Assembly: GCA_963676315.1 (NCBI GenBank)
Contig: OY781056.1
Coordinates: forward strand, 754,779 to 818,778
From: an uncultured Fusibacter sp.
GTDB lineage: Bacteria > Bacillota > Clostridia > Peptostreptococcales > Acidaminobacteraceae
Reading direction: 5' to 3'
DNA: 64,000 nt
The translations under genes and the position numbers were made by a program. The notes under the pieces are model-generated. The model was given only the letters and a program-made list of their open reading frames with translations, had not been told where the DNA came from and searched no databases. Shown piece by piece: positions 48,640-58,623 of the stretch. How positions within the stretch are numbered: the first letter of the stretch is position 1; every line of letters begins with the position of its first letter.

Positions 48640-49917
48640 TTAAAAAATAAACGATAGATCCGAACGCTTTACTACAACTCCAAAAGGAGTAATAAACTCT
48701 TTTAAAAAGCTTTGATCTACAATTCCCTTAACCATCTCATTCGCTTTACTATAACCTTCCAATTCAACGTTACAGTTTTTTATAATCTCATCAACAGATT
48801 TATGATCTACTCTATAGCATGTCTTAGCTATTTTCATCCACTTGTTTAAGTAGTACCGCTCAACTTCTTCAGAATGACTGTTTGAAGCTATCTTACACTT
48901 CTCAATTGCAGCTTTTAATAACTCTGAAACATATTCCTCATCATATCTATGCAAATATCGATTTTTTTCTTTCATTACAGCATCTACTACACCACAAAAA
49001 ATCTGATCTTGAACTCCACTTGGTCCAATCGTGACTGATTTGATAGGGCAAATTTTCACCAAGTTATTATCGCTTTCCTTTCTTAGAAATTGAATGGACA
49101 TATATGGTTTTAGTATCCCATTGTCTTTACGAAAATATTCTACGACAGGTTCGTCAGGAGGTAAAAATAATACCCGAGTTTCGGACTCTCCCTTATAACC
49201 ATCTTCTTTGTAGAAAGAAGCTAGTGCCAGTAAATAAGCCTTTATTACATCTGTTTGATCATTCTTCATATTCGACTCTTGCTTCGTTGAAGAATCTCTG
49301 TCGTTAGATGGCCAAAAGGTTCTTTCGTAATCAGATTTATCATAAACATCCAATTCTCTTAGGGCTTCATTAAGGGAATCCTTAACATGATTAAGTGTTA
49401 AGGACTCTTTATCATACATTATAGAATACAAATTATCTGCTTTCAATTCTGTTGTAAAGTCAATTATTTGCTCTATTCCAAAGTACATACTCCCTTTATC
49501 CGTACCAGAATCTTGCTTTCCTATAAATAGATCTTTATCAAACTCTATACAAACCCCAGATTCTTTTGCATATGTTATCCATTGATGAAGTTCATCTGAT
49601 TTATTGGTAAAAGAAATAGAGAATGGCATTGTCAAGGGTATCTGCATCTCATCTTCAAGTTCATTTAATAAGTATGTTATAGTTGAATCAAATTCAAATA
49701 ATTTCTTCAATAAGGTTATTCCATACTTTATTTCTGTTGCATCATTCAAATAAAAAACATTTGTAGCTCTCATACAGCAGTTTTCCATAATTTTAATCAA
49801 CACATCCGTATTGGTATAGTGAAATAGAGCAATATCACCGCGATTTGATTGTGCATTTCTACTTCGTTCCAAAGCCTTTAAAGCAAGCGAGAATACATGA
49901 CTATTAGATTGTGACAT
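48640..49917 (-). CDS. DUF2971-like protein (gene 4 of the candidate defence operon)
   Basis: LFHYTN...RATNVFYLNDATEIKYG, QWITYAKESGVCIEFD, FYKEDGYKGESETR, IKSVTIGP. ATG 49917 overlaps the upstream stop by 14 nt. Confidence 0.8.
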   Translation of the reverse strand: MSQSNSHVFSLALKALERSRNAQSNRGDIALFHYTNTDVLIKIMENCCMRATNVFYLNDATEIKYGITLLKKLFEFDSTITYLLNELEDEMQIPLTMPFSISFTNKSDELHQWITYAKESGVCIEFDKDLFIGKQDSGTDKGSMYFGIEQIIDFTTELKADNLYSIMYDKESLTLNHVKDSLNEALRELDVYDKSDYERTFWPSNDRDSSTKQESNMKNDQTDVIKAYLLALASFYKEDGYKGESETRVLFLPPDEPVVEYFRKDNGILKPYMSIQFLRKESDNNLVKICPIKSVTIGPSGVQDQIFCGVVDAVMKEKNRYLHRYDEEYVSELLKAAIEKCKIASNSHSEEVERYYLNKWMKIAKTCYRVDHKSVDEIIKNCNVELEGYSKANEMVKGIVDQSFLKEFITPFGVVVKRSDLSFIF

Positions 49918-50611
49918 TTCCACCAACTCCATTTTTCTTAAAATAATATCCAATACTATTGAGTAACTCAATAGTATTGGTGTATCGTAAACTTAAAACT
50001 AAGTTTGCTCCTAAAAAACCTTTAATTGGTTTCTGGCCTTCATTATATAATAACTCATCACCTTCTAAAATGTTATCAATCCATTTAGCAGCATCAGAAA
50101 CAGATACAGATGAGTAAAGAACAATAATCATTGCTTTTTTGTTTTCATCAATCTTGTCTTCTAAACTACTTTTTAAATAATTTTTTAAAGCATAGGGTGC
50201 TTCAAAAGGCTCTGTAAAAAGCCATGCGAAATCACAGAATACTAAACAATTGGCAAAGTTTATTTCATCTACAACTTCTTCTGAAAATTTACTTTCTTCA
50301 CTTTTTTCTGTAACAAGATACCAGTCTATTTCTTCTACTTTTTTTTCTGGCTGTTCCCCACCTGGTTTTAGCAAATAACTAATTTTCACTGGTTCATATT
50401 TTCTTTGATTCGTCTGTGATCTTTTCTGTGTATACAAAAATATTTCAGCATCACATTTCACTTCATATTTTTTTTCATTTCTTTCTGATTTATTAACTGA
50501 AACAAGCGATTCATTAATTCTGGAAATGACATTAGCTAAAAAATGCTCTTCTGAAAGCTCCGCTTTAAAATCATCAAAGAAAAATACTCTATCAAAAATA
50601 ATCGTTTGCAT
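49904..50611 (-). CDS. Divergent response-regulator receiver-like protein without an output domain
   Basis: VFFFDD (beta1 acidic pair), LVFCDFAW (phospho-Asp strand), IIVLYSS (beta4 Ser); long insertion after beta1; GGAGGA RBS. Confidence 0.55.
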   Translation of the reverse strand: MQTIIFDRVFFFDDFKAELSEEHFLANVISRINESLVSVNKSERNEKKYEVKCDAEIFLYTQKRSQTNQRKYEPVKISYLLKPGGEQPEKKVEEIDWYLVTEKSEESKFSEEVVDEINFANCLVFCDFAWLFTEPFEAPYALKNYLKSSLEDKIDENKKAMIIVLYSSVSVSDAAKWIDNILEGDELLYNEGQKPIKGFLGANLVLSLRYTNTIELLNSIGYYFKKNGVGGNVTI

Positions 50612-50623
50612 AACTTTATCCTC

Positions 50624-53600
50624 CTATTCAAAAACCTTTAGTTTTACGACAATACACTTTTCGATATTGTCATAAAAAATATCCAGTGTCTTTGCCTTAA
50701 TAGCTTCGTTCTCTCGCTCCTCTAGGTCAATATCACACTTTCCTTGATCATTTTTAACTATATTAATCGTTTTTTCTAATGTCCAAAGAGTAATCCCGTT
50801 TCCATATTTATACAACGGTGGGATGCCCATTTCCGTTTTAATATCTTTAATTTTCTTCTCTATGTCACTGCCATCAAGCTTGTTCTTAACAACTAAATAA
50901 CTTCCTTCACGGTGACAACTGACAGTTAGTTCATCAATAGTATCAAAATAATCACCACCTAATTTCTGATGCTGAACCGCATTACTTGCTAGCAAAATAA
51001 TAAGTAGGAAAAAATATCTCACTGAACTAGGGCTTTGTGAAGCAAATATAAAATTTACATTCTCATCAAAGATATTTTTGCTCAATTCTATTTTTACAGA
51101 TCTTGTCTCATTACTATACTTATTAAAAACGTCTAACCTAATGAAATATATGTTGTCTTCAACAGATATCTTATATTGTTCGCTACACTCTGAAAGAAAA
51201 TCACTCATTGATGATGATTCATATCTAAGATCATAATCTTTCATATTTTTAAAATATTCTCGTTTAATGACATTTCGGTATAATTTTGATATGAATTGAT
51301 GAGCAAGTAACTGGACGTATCTATTAAACCAGTTAAATGAGTTATCAAACTCTTGAGGGTTTGATAATAGTTTAGCAAATGGTTGACCATCAAAATATAC
51401 CGTTTCATTATGGTGGCCAGCCTTATTTATTGATAATGCCTTAGCTATCTGAACAGATCGAAGCTCCTCTATCAATGAATCAATATTTTTATCATCGATT
51501 ACCTTTGCAAATTTTGACCTTAAAGTCAAAAGACACCGTATAAAAAAAATATGCTTTTTATCACTGAACGTAAGTGGGTCATTTTGATCAAAATTAATAC
51601 GATAATTTTCTACATCATTTTTTGAAGCGAATTTTACGAATATATACATGCTACTTTCATCACTTACATGTCCATTGATTTTGATTATAATGTTTTTTGT
51701 ATCATAGCAGTGACTACTAACATCAGAGTCATTTACCACTCTTCTCATGAATATGGTATCATTAAAGACTTCACTTTGCTCCAAGCTTAAAAGGCAGTCA
51801 ATCTCATTGAAATTCTTTTGGCTATAGAAATCAGCTTCATTACCACCTTGATTATGACTCTCTGATAAATCTTTGAATATGATATCATCCAACTCATAAT
51901 ACTTTACCCACTCATTGTTATGAACATTTGGATCCACAAGAAACAAGCTTATTTTGTCGATATCCTCAAATAAAAGCTTTATACAATGCTTTGTTTCTCT
52001 CCAGGTCAACCTGCTTTGATTGTCTAACAGCTTTGAGAGTTCATTGTAGTCTTTTGCATATTTGTAAAATTCACTTACAACAGTTTCGTTCTTACTATCA
52101 TTATAAAGACAGAACATTTTATAAAAATTCTCAAGATAATATGGTACTTGAGACTTGTCACTTTTACCTTCAAATCCATTCTTATCGATAGCATCTTTTA
52201 ACCCATCAGATAGTATCTGGCTATTTTCTATTAATAATCTCACTCTATTGCCTATTCCTATATTGTGCAATACTTCTAATGACTTTAAGTTAGCGGTAGG
52301 TTTCTGTTGTTCCTTTACGATACCTTTATTAAAAAACCGTTTTTCACTTCCATCGATTAAAACATATTCTAATAGCATTGTTTTTGTATCATCATTTGAC
52401 ATGGATGTTAATTTCTTTATTGCCCTTCGGTACACTAGTGAGTTAAACAATGTTATATATTCACTAGAAGTTTCCTTAATTCCATTAACTCTATTTGCGA
52501 GTTTAAATAAATTTGACATCACTTCAGATCTAATTAAATAATTGGATTGTAAGTCAGATAGGGCATTTACTAATGCCGCTAGCAATGATAATTGTCCATA
52601 ACTAATTCGTTCTAAATCAATACTCAATATTTCTTGAGCTTTTTCAATACAAAACTCAAATGCAGCTTGCCGTTTTCGTAAGTGATAAATAAAAAACGGT
52701 CTTGAAATTACCTTTACAAAAGCTACTCTAGCAACAAATGGATCATAAGGTTCAAAGTCCATCCACTTAAATTTTTTATTCTGAATCTGTTCATATAGAG
52801 CTTGGATTGCAAAGAGTATATCTTCCTTAATTTCCTTGTTTATTGGCGTACCATTTTTAAAATTATTGTCAAAGTCTATCCCATGATATTCTTTTTTTGA
52901 GAACTCTCCTCTTAATCGATTAGAGAGAATTTCTTCAATTATATGAGTAATAATCAGCATGCATTTTTTTTCATTATTTGCATTAATTTGATTTAAGCTA
53001 CGGAAGTCATCAATTTTGTGCCTTACTATAAAATCTTTGCAATATTTGCTCATTTCATTTGTTGAAACATATTCTCTTTCAATCTTATCATAAGACTTAG
53101 TTAATTGACATATCGTACAAGCATCCTTAAAATTTCTCATTGGAGAAATTGATAAATGAGCATATTCATAAAAGCTCTTAGTACTTCCTACTAATCCGGT
53201 CTTAGTCGCAGTAGAGTTTCTACCAATCAAAACGATCGCTGATGAAAATATTTCAATTTTACAAGAGTTTGAAATATCATTAGTATTATCAAAATTAACA
53301 AGTGACGATATTAGATTACGCATTCTTGTAAAATTTTTAGCAGAATAAATCGAATCATCAACGTAATGAAATCTTATCACTGACTTTTGTCCGCTATTTC
53401 GAATATTTTCAACCAATCTAAAAATATCTGAGTATTTAGCATGCATATTTCCTCGAAACTCTTTCATTACTTCAAAATATAAAATTCTAGCAGTGCTATT
53501 GAATACGAATCTATTGACACTTTGAATTAGTCCAGCATTACTAAAATGCCTTGGTGCCACAATAAAATCAAGCTTTAAAACATCATCAATTATTTTATCA

Positions 53601-54814
53601 TTATCTCCCCAATACCTTTTTACTCTTTGACGATATGTCATGTCGATACATTTTTTCACAGAACAAGTATGTACTTTACAACTAATGCAATGGTTTTCTG
53701 TAATCTTATATTCACTGGTGTCACAGCCTCGCAACCATTTTTCTATATATCCCATACTATTTTCTGAATGATAAAACCGATCTGACTGAAAATAGAATTG
53801 ATGATGATTTCCATCTTGTTCAACATGATGATAGACTACCATGTTTGCAAGTCTTATGATGCGCTCCAAATTTAATTTAGCACTTAGATTGATTCTCGCA
53901 TCATATGGTATTGTTGGACTAATAACTCCAAGCTGGAACATGGGTACAATTGATTCTCTATTTACTTCAAAAATAGGCTTTTCTTTTGCATACTCATTAT
54001 TATGGGGAAAACAATCAATACAAGTTGATGTGTCAGACCAACTTGTATTGACCCACGCTAAATAATAAACTACATCATTTATTAAAAATTCTAGTTTACG
54101 GTCTGTAAGTTTCAATGATTTTGTTGATAAATCTCTATGCCAAATTTCGTTATTTTCAACATCTGGAGCAATCATAACTAATGCTATATTTATATGAGAT
54201 GCATATAAATATTTATTATTATCACTATAAAACTTTGCCATCATTTTATCATGTGTAGTAAGAGTGGTATTAATTGGAACAACAAATGCTATAAAGGTTT
54301 TTTCAATCGCGTTGGAAAACTCCTCAATTATCTCAATATTTGAATATCGTATTGAATTAGAACTATCACTTTGCCTTTCAAAAACACCATAGACACATTT
54401 AATATCTCTCTCGACAAAGAACAAATCTAATAAATCCATAATCTCACAAAGAAGTATTTCACTAAATGCCTCATAGCCTACAACAATAATTTTCTCTACA
54501 TCTTCAGGCATACAAGAATATATCTTATCTGCAACTAAATACGCAAAATTCTTGTTGTAATATCCGTTTTGGAATAATATTTCTGCTTCAATAAAATCGG
54601 ATACATGCTTCTTTGATCCTAAATGTGTGTGACAATTGTGGATTTTACATCCTTGAGAGCTTTGTAATTGTAAATCCTCATTAAGTATGTTCTCAACATT
54701 CTCAATAAAGAGCTCTCTATGATCATTACAATTTTTCTCAGTTTCAAAATTAGTGTTTCTATAAGATTTTACTGCTAATTCAAATGGAAAAATGTCACTC
54801 ATAGTTTCCCCCAA
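50624..54814 (-). CDS. 1,396-aa protein: tandem PRTase-like domains + helical region + degenerate histidine-kinase/GHKL C-terminus
   Basis: FHYVDDSIYSAKNF (PRPP-binding-loop-like); degenerate first copy FVVPINTTLTT; CxxC pairs (CIDC, CTIC); C-terminal LLASNAVQH and GNGITLW. Likely ATG start at 54802. Confidence 0.6.
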   Translation of the reverse strand: MGETMSDIFPFELAVKSYRNTNFETEKNCNDHRELFIENVENILNEDLQLQSSQGCKIHNCHTHLGSKKHVSDFIEAEILFQNGYYNKNFAYLVADKIYSCMPEDVEKIIVVGYEAFSEILLCEIMDLLDLFFVERDIKCVYGVFERQSDSSNSIRYSNIEIIEEFSNAIEKTFIAFVVPINTTLTTHDKMMAKFYSDNNKYLYASHINIALVMIAPDVENNEIWHRDLSTKSLKLTDRKLEFLINDVVYYLAWVNTSWSDTSTCIDCFPHNNEYAKEKPIFEVNRESIVPMFQLGVISPTIPYDARINLSAKLNLERIIRLANMVVYHHVEQDGNHHQFYFQSDRFYHSENSMGYIEKWLRGCDTSEYKITENHCISCKVHTCSVKKCIDMTYRQRVKRYWGDNDKIIDDVLKLDFIVAPRHFSNAGLIQSVNRFVFNSTARILYFEVMKEFRGNMHAKYSDIFRLVENIRNSGQKSVIRFHYVDDSIYSAKNFTRMRNLISSLVNFDNTNDISNSCKIEIFSSAIVLIGRNSTATKTGLVGSTKSFYEYAHLSISPMRNFKDACTICQLTKSYDKIEREYVSTNEMSKYCKDFIVRHKIDDFRSLNQINANNEKKCMLIITHIIEEILSNRLRGEFSKKEYHGIDFDNNFKNGTPINKEIKEDILFAIQALYEQIQNKKFKWMDFEPYDPFVARVAFVKVISRPFFIYHLRKRQAAFEFCIEKAQEILSIDLERISYGQLSLLAALVNALSDLQSNYLIRSEVMSNLFKLANRVNGIKETSSEYITLFNSLVYRRAIKKLTSMSNDDTKTMLLEYVLIDGSEKRFFNKGIVKEQQKPTANLKSLEVLHNIGIGNRVRLLIENSQILSDGLKDAIDKNGFEGKSDKSQVPYYLENFYKMFCLYNDSKNETVVSEFYKYAKDYNELSKLLDNQSRLTWRETKHCIKLLFEDIDKISLFLVDPNVHNNEWVKYYELDDIIFKDLSESHNQGGNEADFYSQKNFNEIDCLLSLEQSEVFNDTIFMRRVVNDSDVSSHCYDTKNIIIKINGHVSDESSMYIFVKFASKNDVENYRINFDQNDPLTFSDKKHIFFIRCLLTLRSKFAKVIDDKNIDSLIEELRSVQIAKALSINKAGHHNETVYFDGQPFAKLLSNPQEFDNSFNWFNRYVQLLAHQFISKLYRNVIKREYFKNMKDYDLRYESSSMSDFLSECSEQYKISVEDNIYFIRLDVFNKYSNETRSVKIELSKNIFDENVNFIFASQSPSSVRYFFLLIILLASNAVQHQKLGGDYFDTIDELTVSCHREGSYLVVKNKLDGSDIEKKIKDIKTEMGIPPLYKYGNGITLWTLEKTINIVKNDQGKCDIDLEERENEAIKAKTLDIFYDNIEKCIVVKLKVFE

Positions 54815-54848
54815 CTTTTTATGAAATAAAAACTAACACCAATTAAAA

Positions 54849-56954
54849 CTATCTATCAAATATTCGAGTAATTGCTTCAATATGCTTAGGAGAATATCCC
54901 CTCATTGCAGTCATCTGTTTAATACTATGTTTTACCGAACTTAATGACTTTCCATGAATGACAATTTCTTCTCCAGCAGTTTTACCTCGAATATAGATTT
55001 CGACATTCTCCATCTTTGCATTTTCTCCATGTTTATTATAATAAAGAGAAATTATTCTAATTAGCTCTAAAATTTTGCTATCAGAATAACCCACTAAAGC
55101 AAATCTTAATTTAGATTTAGATGTACAATTTTTATGTCTTGAAAATATAAAAACAAGAATTCCCTTCATTAGAACCTCAGTATCTATGTTACTAGCTCTG
55201 ATTAAATAGTGTGAGTTTGAACTCAATCTTTCAAGCTGCATTTTTATACTCTTAACTTGGCTTTCTTTATCTCCATTAAGCATTTCTTTATCAAACACCA
55301 CATTAACAAAATTTGATGATGTTCTATTTTGAATTAGATACTTAAGATCATACGTAAGCATCGCATCATAACTGCTTTCATTCGAAATAACTCTTGTTGC
55401 CATAGGCAAAAGTAAAGAATATGAACTACCAGTCCGTTTTCCTTGAATTCTAAGTGGTGAGGATGAATTCTGAGTATTGCAATACTCGTCAGATCCTGAT
55501 GTTGCTGAAAAAACACCGCTTTTAGCAGTAAGAATTGAATCAAATATTTGCAGTCCATAATGATTTACAGCCTTATTTGCATCATCAAAAAATAATTCCC
55601 AAAACGATTGAGACTCTGCAGGAGCGAAAAAATCTTTTAACTTTAATGCTTCGAATATATTTTTTTGATGTCCCATTTTTTCATTTACATATTCAATATT
55701 CTTTTCTCTAAACTTATCAGCAACAGTTGTGGAAGACAAATCTGCAACTATTACCTCAAGAAAGTACTTGCATTTATTAAACTGATCAACTCCAATTTGA
55801 TGTATGTTATACTTTTGGTTTAGCAAGGGAATATCCCCATTTTCATGGAGATGAATACTTAACAAACCTTCTCCATCATCTTGATGATTAGATTGTCCAG
55901 CGTGCTTGACTACATTTTCAATCAACTGCAGCAAACCTTCAGAGATTATAGTTGCCTCTAAAACTTCATTTACCAAAAATGAACTGATTACTTCATTTGT
56001 TTTATCACCAACTCGATGATAATCAATTAAATCTTTATTGAAGTAACCTTCCTCTTCAGTGACCCTATTAGCGTCATAATACTCTCTTGAATAATCTATA
56101 GACTTAGTTTTCCCACTAATATGTTGAAATGCATAAGAGAAATCTCTCTCATATAAAGTCACTTTCTCTTGACCTGTCAAACTCTTAATATTTTTTTTCC
56201 AAGTATCTACTGCATCATGCCTATAGGAATAATCAAAAAGTGCAAAAATTACTAATGAAAGTAACGGTCTTCCTATAAAATGTTCTTTAAAATTTCCCTT
56301 TACTTTTTCAGAACCTATAAATATTTTCTCTCTTAAATCCGAAAGACCCTTCTCATTATCTATGGTCGTTAGTAATCGATAACACATGTTATGTAAAATA
56401 TCAGATAGTTCAGCATTTGGCTTTAACATTGTAGAGCTAAGAGATATCATACTCTCAAAAGTTTTAGTTGTGACTGGAGATTTTAATATATTATAACTTT
56501 CTTTATTTATTTTTATAATTGGAAGCATTCTCTTTGCGTTCACTTTATTTGCATTAATATATTCGATTGTGCCATCAGTATAGACTATGAATGTTCTGAC
56601 TGAAGAATTATCAAAATACTCTTTTATTAACGCTACCGTAGATTGTAGCCTATAATAATTATCATCTTGGATTACATTACCTTTTTTAATCGACGAATAC
56701 GGAAAATTGCAATGAATGTTAACAATCGAAAACTGATTACGAAGTCTAAGTGCTATTAAATAGGCTTCTAAAACTAATGAAAGATCGATAGTTCCTGAAA
56801 TTACTTCAAAGTAGATTTCGAAAAATAGGCTGAATCCCTTTGAATTTTTGCCTTCTAAAAATTCACAATGATACTGACTGTAGTATTTTGAATAGTCTTC
56901 ATATTTTTTTATAACAAAATTATACCTTTTTGCATTAGAATCATCCATCATCAC
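54849..56954 (-). CDS. 701-aa GHKL/HATPase-domain protein (anti-sigma-kinase-like), gene 1 of the operon
   Basis: LLQLIENVVKHA (N box), LEVIVADL (G1-like), NHYGLQIF (G2-like) and GSSYSLLLP (terminal strand). Confidence 0.65.
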   Translation of the reverse strand: MMMDDSNAKRYNFVIKKYEDYSKYYSQYHCEFLEGKNSKGFSLFFEIYFEVISGTIDLSLVLEAYLIALRLRNQFSIVNIHCNFPYSSIKKGNVIQDDNYYRLQSTVALIKEYFDNSSVRTFIVYTDGTIEYINANKVNAKRMLPIIKINKESYNILKSPVTTKTFESMISLSSTMLKPNAELSDILHNMCYRLLTTIDNEKGLSDLREKIFIGSEKVKGNFKEHFIGRPLLSLVIFALFDYSYRHDAVDTWKKNIKSLTGQEKVTLYERDFSYAFQHISGKTKSIDYSREYYDANRVTEEEGYFNKDLIDYHRVGDKTNEVISSFLVNEVLEATIISEGLLQLIENVVKHAGQSNHQDDGEGLLSIHLHENGDIPLLNQKYNIHQIGVDQFNKCKYFLEVIVADLSSTTVADKFREKNIEYVNEKMGHQKNIFEALKLKDFFAPAESQSFWELFFDDANKAVNHYGLQIFDSILTAKSGVFSATSGSDEYCNTQNSSSPLRIQGKRTGSSYSLLLPMATRVISNESSYDAMLTYDLKYLIQNRTSSNFVNVVFDKEMLNGDKESQVKSIKMQLERLSSNSHYLIRASNIDTEVLMKGILVFIFSRHKNCTSKSKLRFALVGYSDSKILELIRIISLYYNKHGENAKMENVEIYIRGKTAGEEIVIHGKSLSSVKHSIKQMTAMRGYSPKHIEAITRIFDR

Positions 56955-57639
56955 TTGTCATCCGTAAATTTAAATTTACGTTCCTTTCACATTAGTATTA
57001 TTGGTTAGAATATAATCATTATTCAATTTAGCATTCCAAAACTAACTTAAGATTAGCATTTGTGAGCTCAAATAACAATGATTAATTATCTGAATTTTCT
57101 TGCTTTTTTCTATTTTTTTACACTCTTAGAACTATTGAATGATTTAATAAAATAGAAAAAGCCTCTACTACAATGCTATAGTAAAAACTTTTCATTATTT
57201 TTGAACCAATTTATGATACTTTGGAATATCTATTTAAATCCTTGATTAGGTATAATAAGAACTTATAACAAATCAAAATGTCAAACATCTCTTCCATGCG
57301 CTTCATAGATGCATACTTGGGATTTTACATTTTGTTCTAGTAGTCATAATCACAAATAACGTGCGACTATAACGATGTCGTTGTTTGAATATAAATTCTT
57401 AATTCCGTTCAAACACGATTTATAGAAAAAAATCCCAATTGAAAGAAGTAATAACTATTAATTAATCACTTTGAATGCCGTTAGGCAATCAGATCTAATT
57501 TATATATATATCAAAGCTCAGTTCTTTTAGTTAGAAAGTAAACGATAAATAACCTATATCCATTCTCTCTTCTCTTTTATCACATTCATTTCAATTAATT
57601 TTATGATTCAATTGCAAAAAAAATCCCCCTATCTATAAG

Positions 57640-58623
57640 TGATATGACCCCAATAAGTTAGACTTTATAGCGAAGTAGTTATTCTACTCCGCTATATTTA
57701 TGCAGCTAAACGAAAAAGCCTGTATTCCACTGGACACATCCAGTTTAGCTTTTCTTTGATCCTCTTATCGTTACAATTCATGTTATATGATATTATATCT
57801 TCTTTCAATTCCTCATAATAATAATATACCTTGCTGTAGTACATCTCTTGTTTCATTATTCCAAAGAAATTTTCCATAACTGAGTTATCATAGCAATTTC
57901 CTTTTCTAGACATACTTTGATAAATCTTGTTCTTCTTCAGCTCCAAGTTATATACTTTCATTTGATAGCCCCAGCCCCAATCAGAATGAAATGTTCATCT
58001 ATACTTACAGTCGTTTGTAATTTTTATAGCATCCTATAATGCACTTATTATGTTAGATACTGAAGGTTTTGGCGATATCCCATAGCTGATTATTTCTCGA
58101 TTATATAAGTCCATAAACGGATCTAGATACATTTTTTTGATTACCATTCTTCCCGTATCATCAACTTCATAATATTTAAACTCAGTCGTGTCCGTCACAA
58201 TCTTCTGGTGGGGCATAGTACTCTCAAATCTCCTTCGGACTCTGTTTGGCGCAACTCTACCTACATTTCCTTTATAGGAGTTGTACTTACGACTTTTTCG
58301 AATGAATGATGTAACTTGAATCCCAAATTTTTGGGTGATAAGTTGAACCTTCTTTTTTTAACTACGATGGCACTTTTGCGAAGTTCTCCGTAAATCCTGC
58401 GGTATCCAAAATACTTATGCTTACAACGTATCCTTAGAATAATATTCTCCAGTTCTTGATTTGTATTTTCACAATCAAATCTCTTTTGCCAATACATATA
58501 TGTGGATTTTGGAAAGGCTGCAAATGCGAGAATATCTTTCACTCTAAATTCTCCTCGGAGGCTGTGGATGATTCTCACTGTTTTTTAAGAAGAGCTTCCT
58601 CTTCTAAACGCAGTCTCCTCAGT
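57640..58623 (-). mobile_element. IS3-family (IS150-group) remnant: right IR, fragmented orfB, orfA tail
   Basis: Terminal TGATATGACCCCAATAAGTTAGACTT at 57640; IVTDTTEF, LYNREIISY, QSMSRKGNCYDNSVMENFFG. A6C frameshift site at 58580-58586 before the orfB GTG; several stops and frameshifts. Confidence 0.9.

Noticed and set aside
38094-58623. A single IS split by a 20-kb inversion, or a composite transposon
   Set aside because: The two IS ends do not face each other, the middle of orfA is missing, and the rest of mrr is not found at the left breakpoint. Two independent eroded copies fit better.
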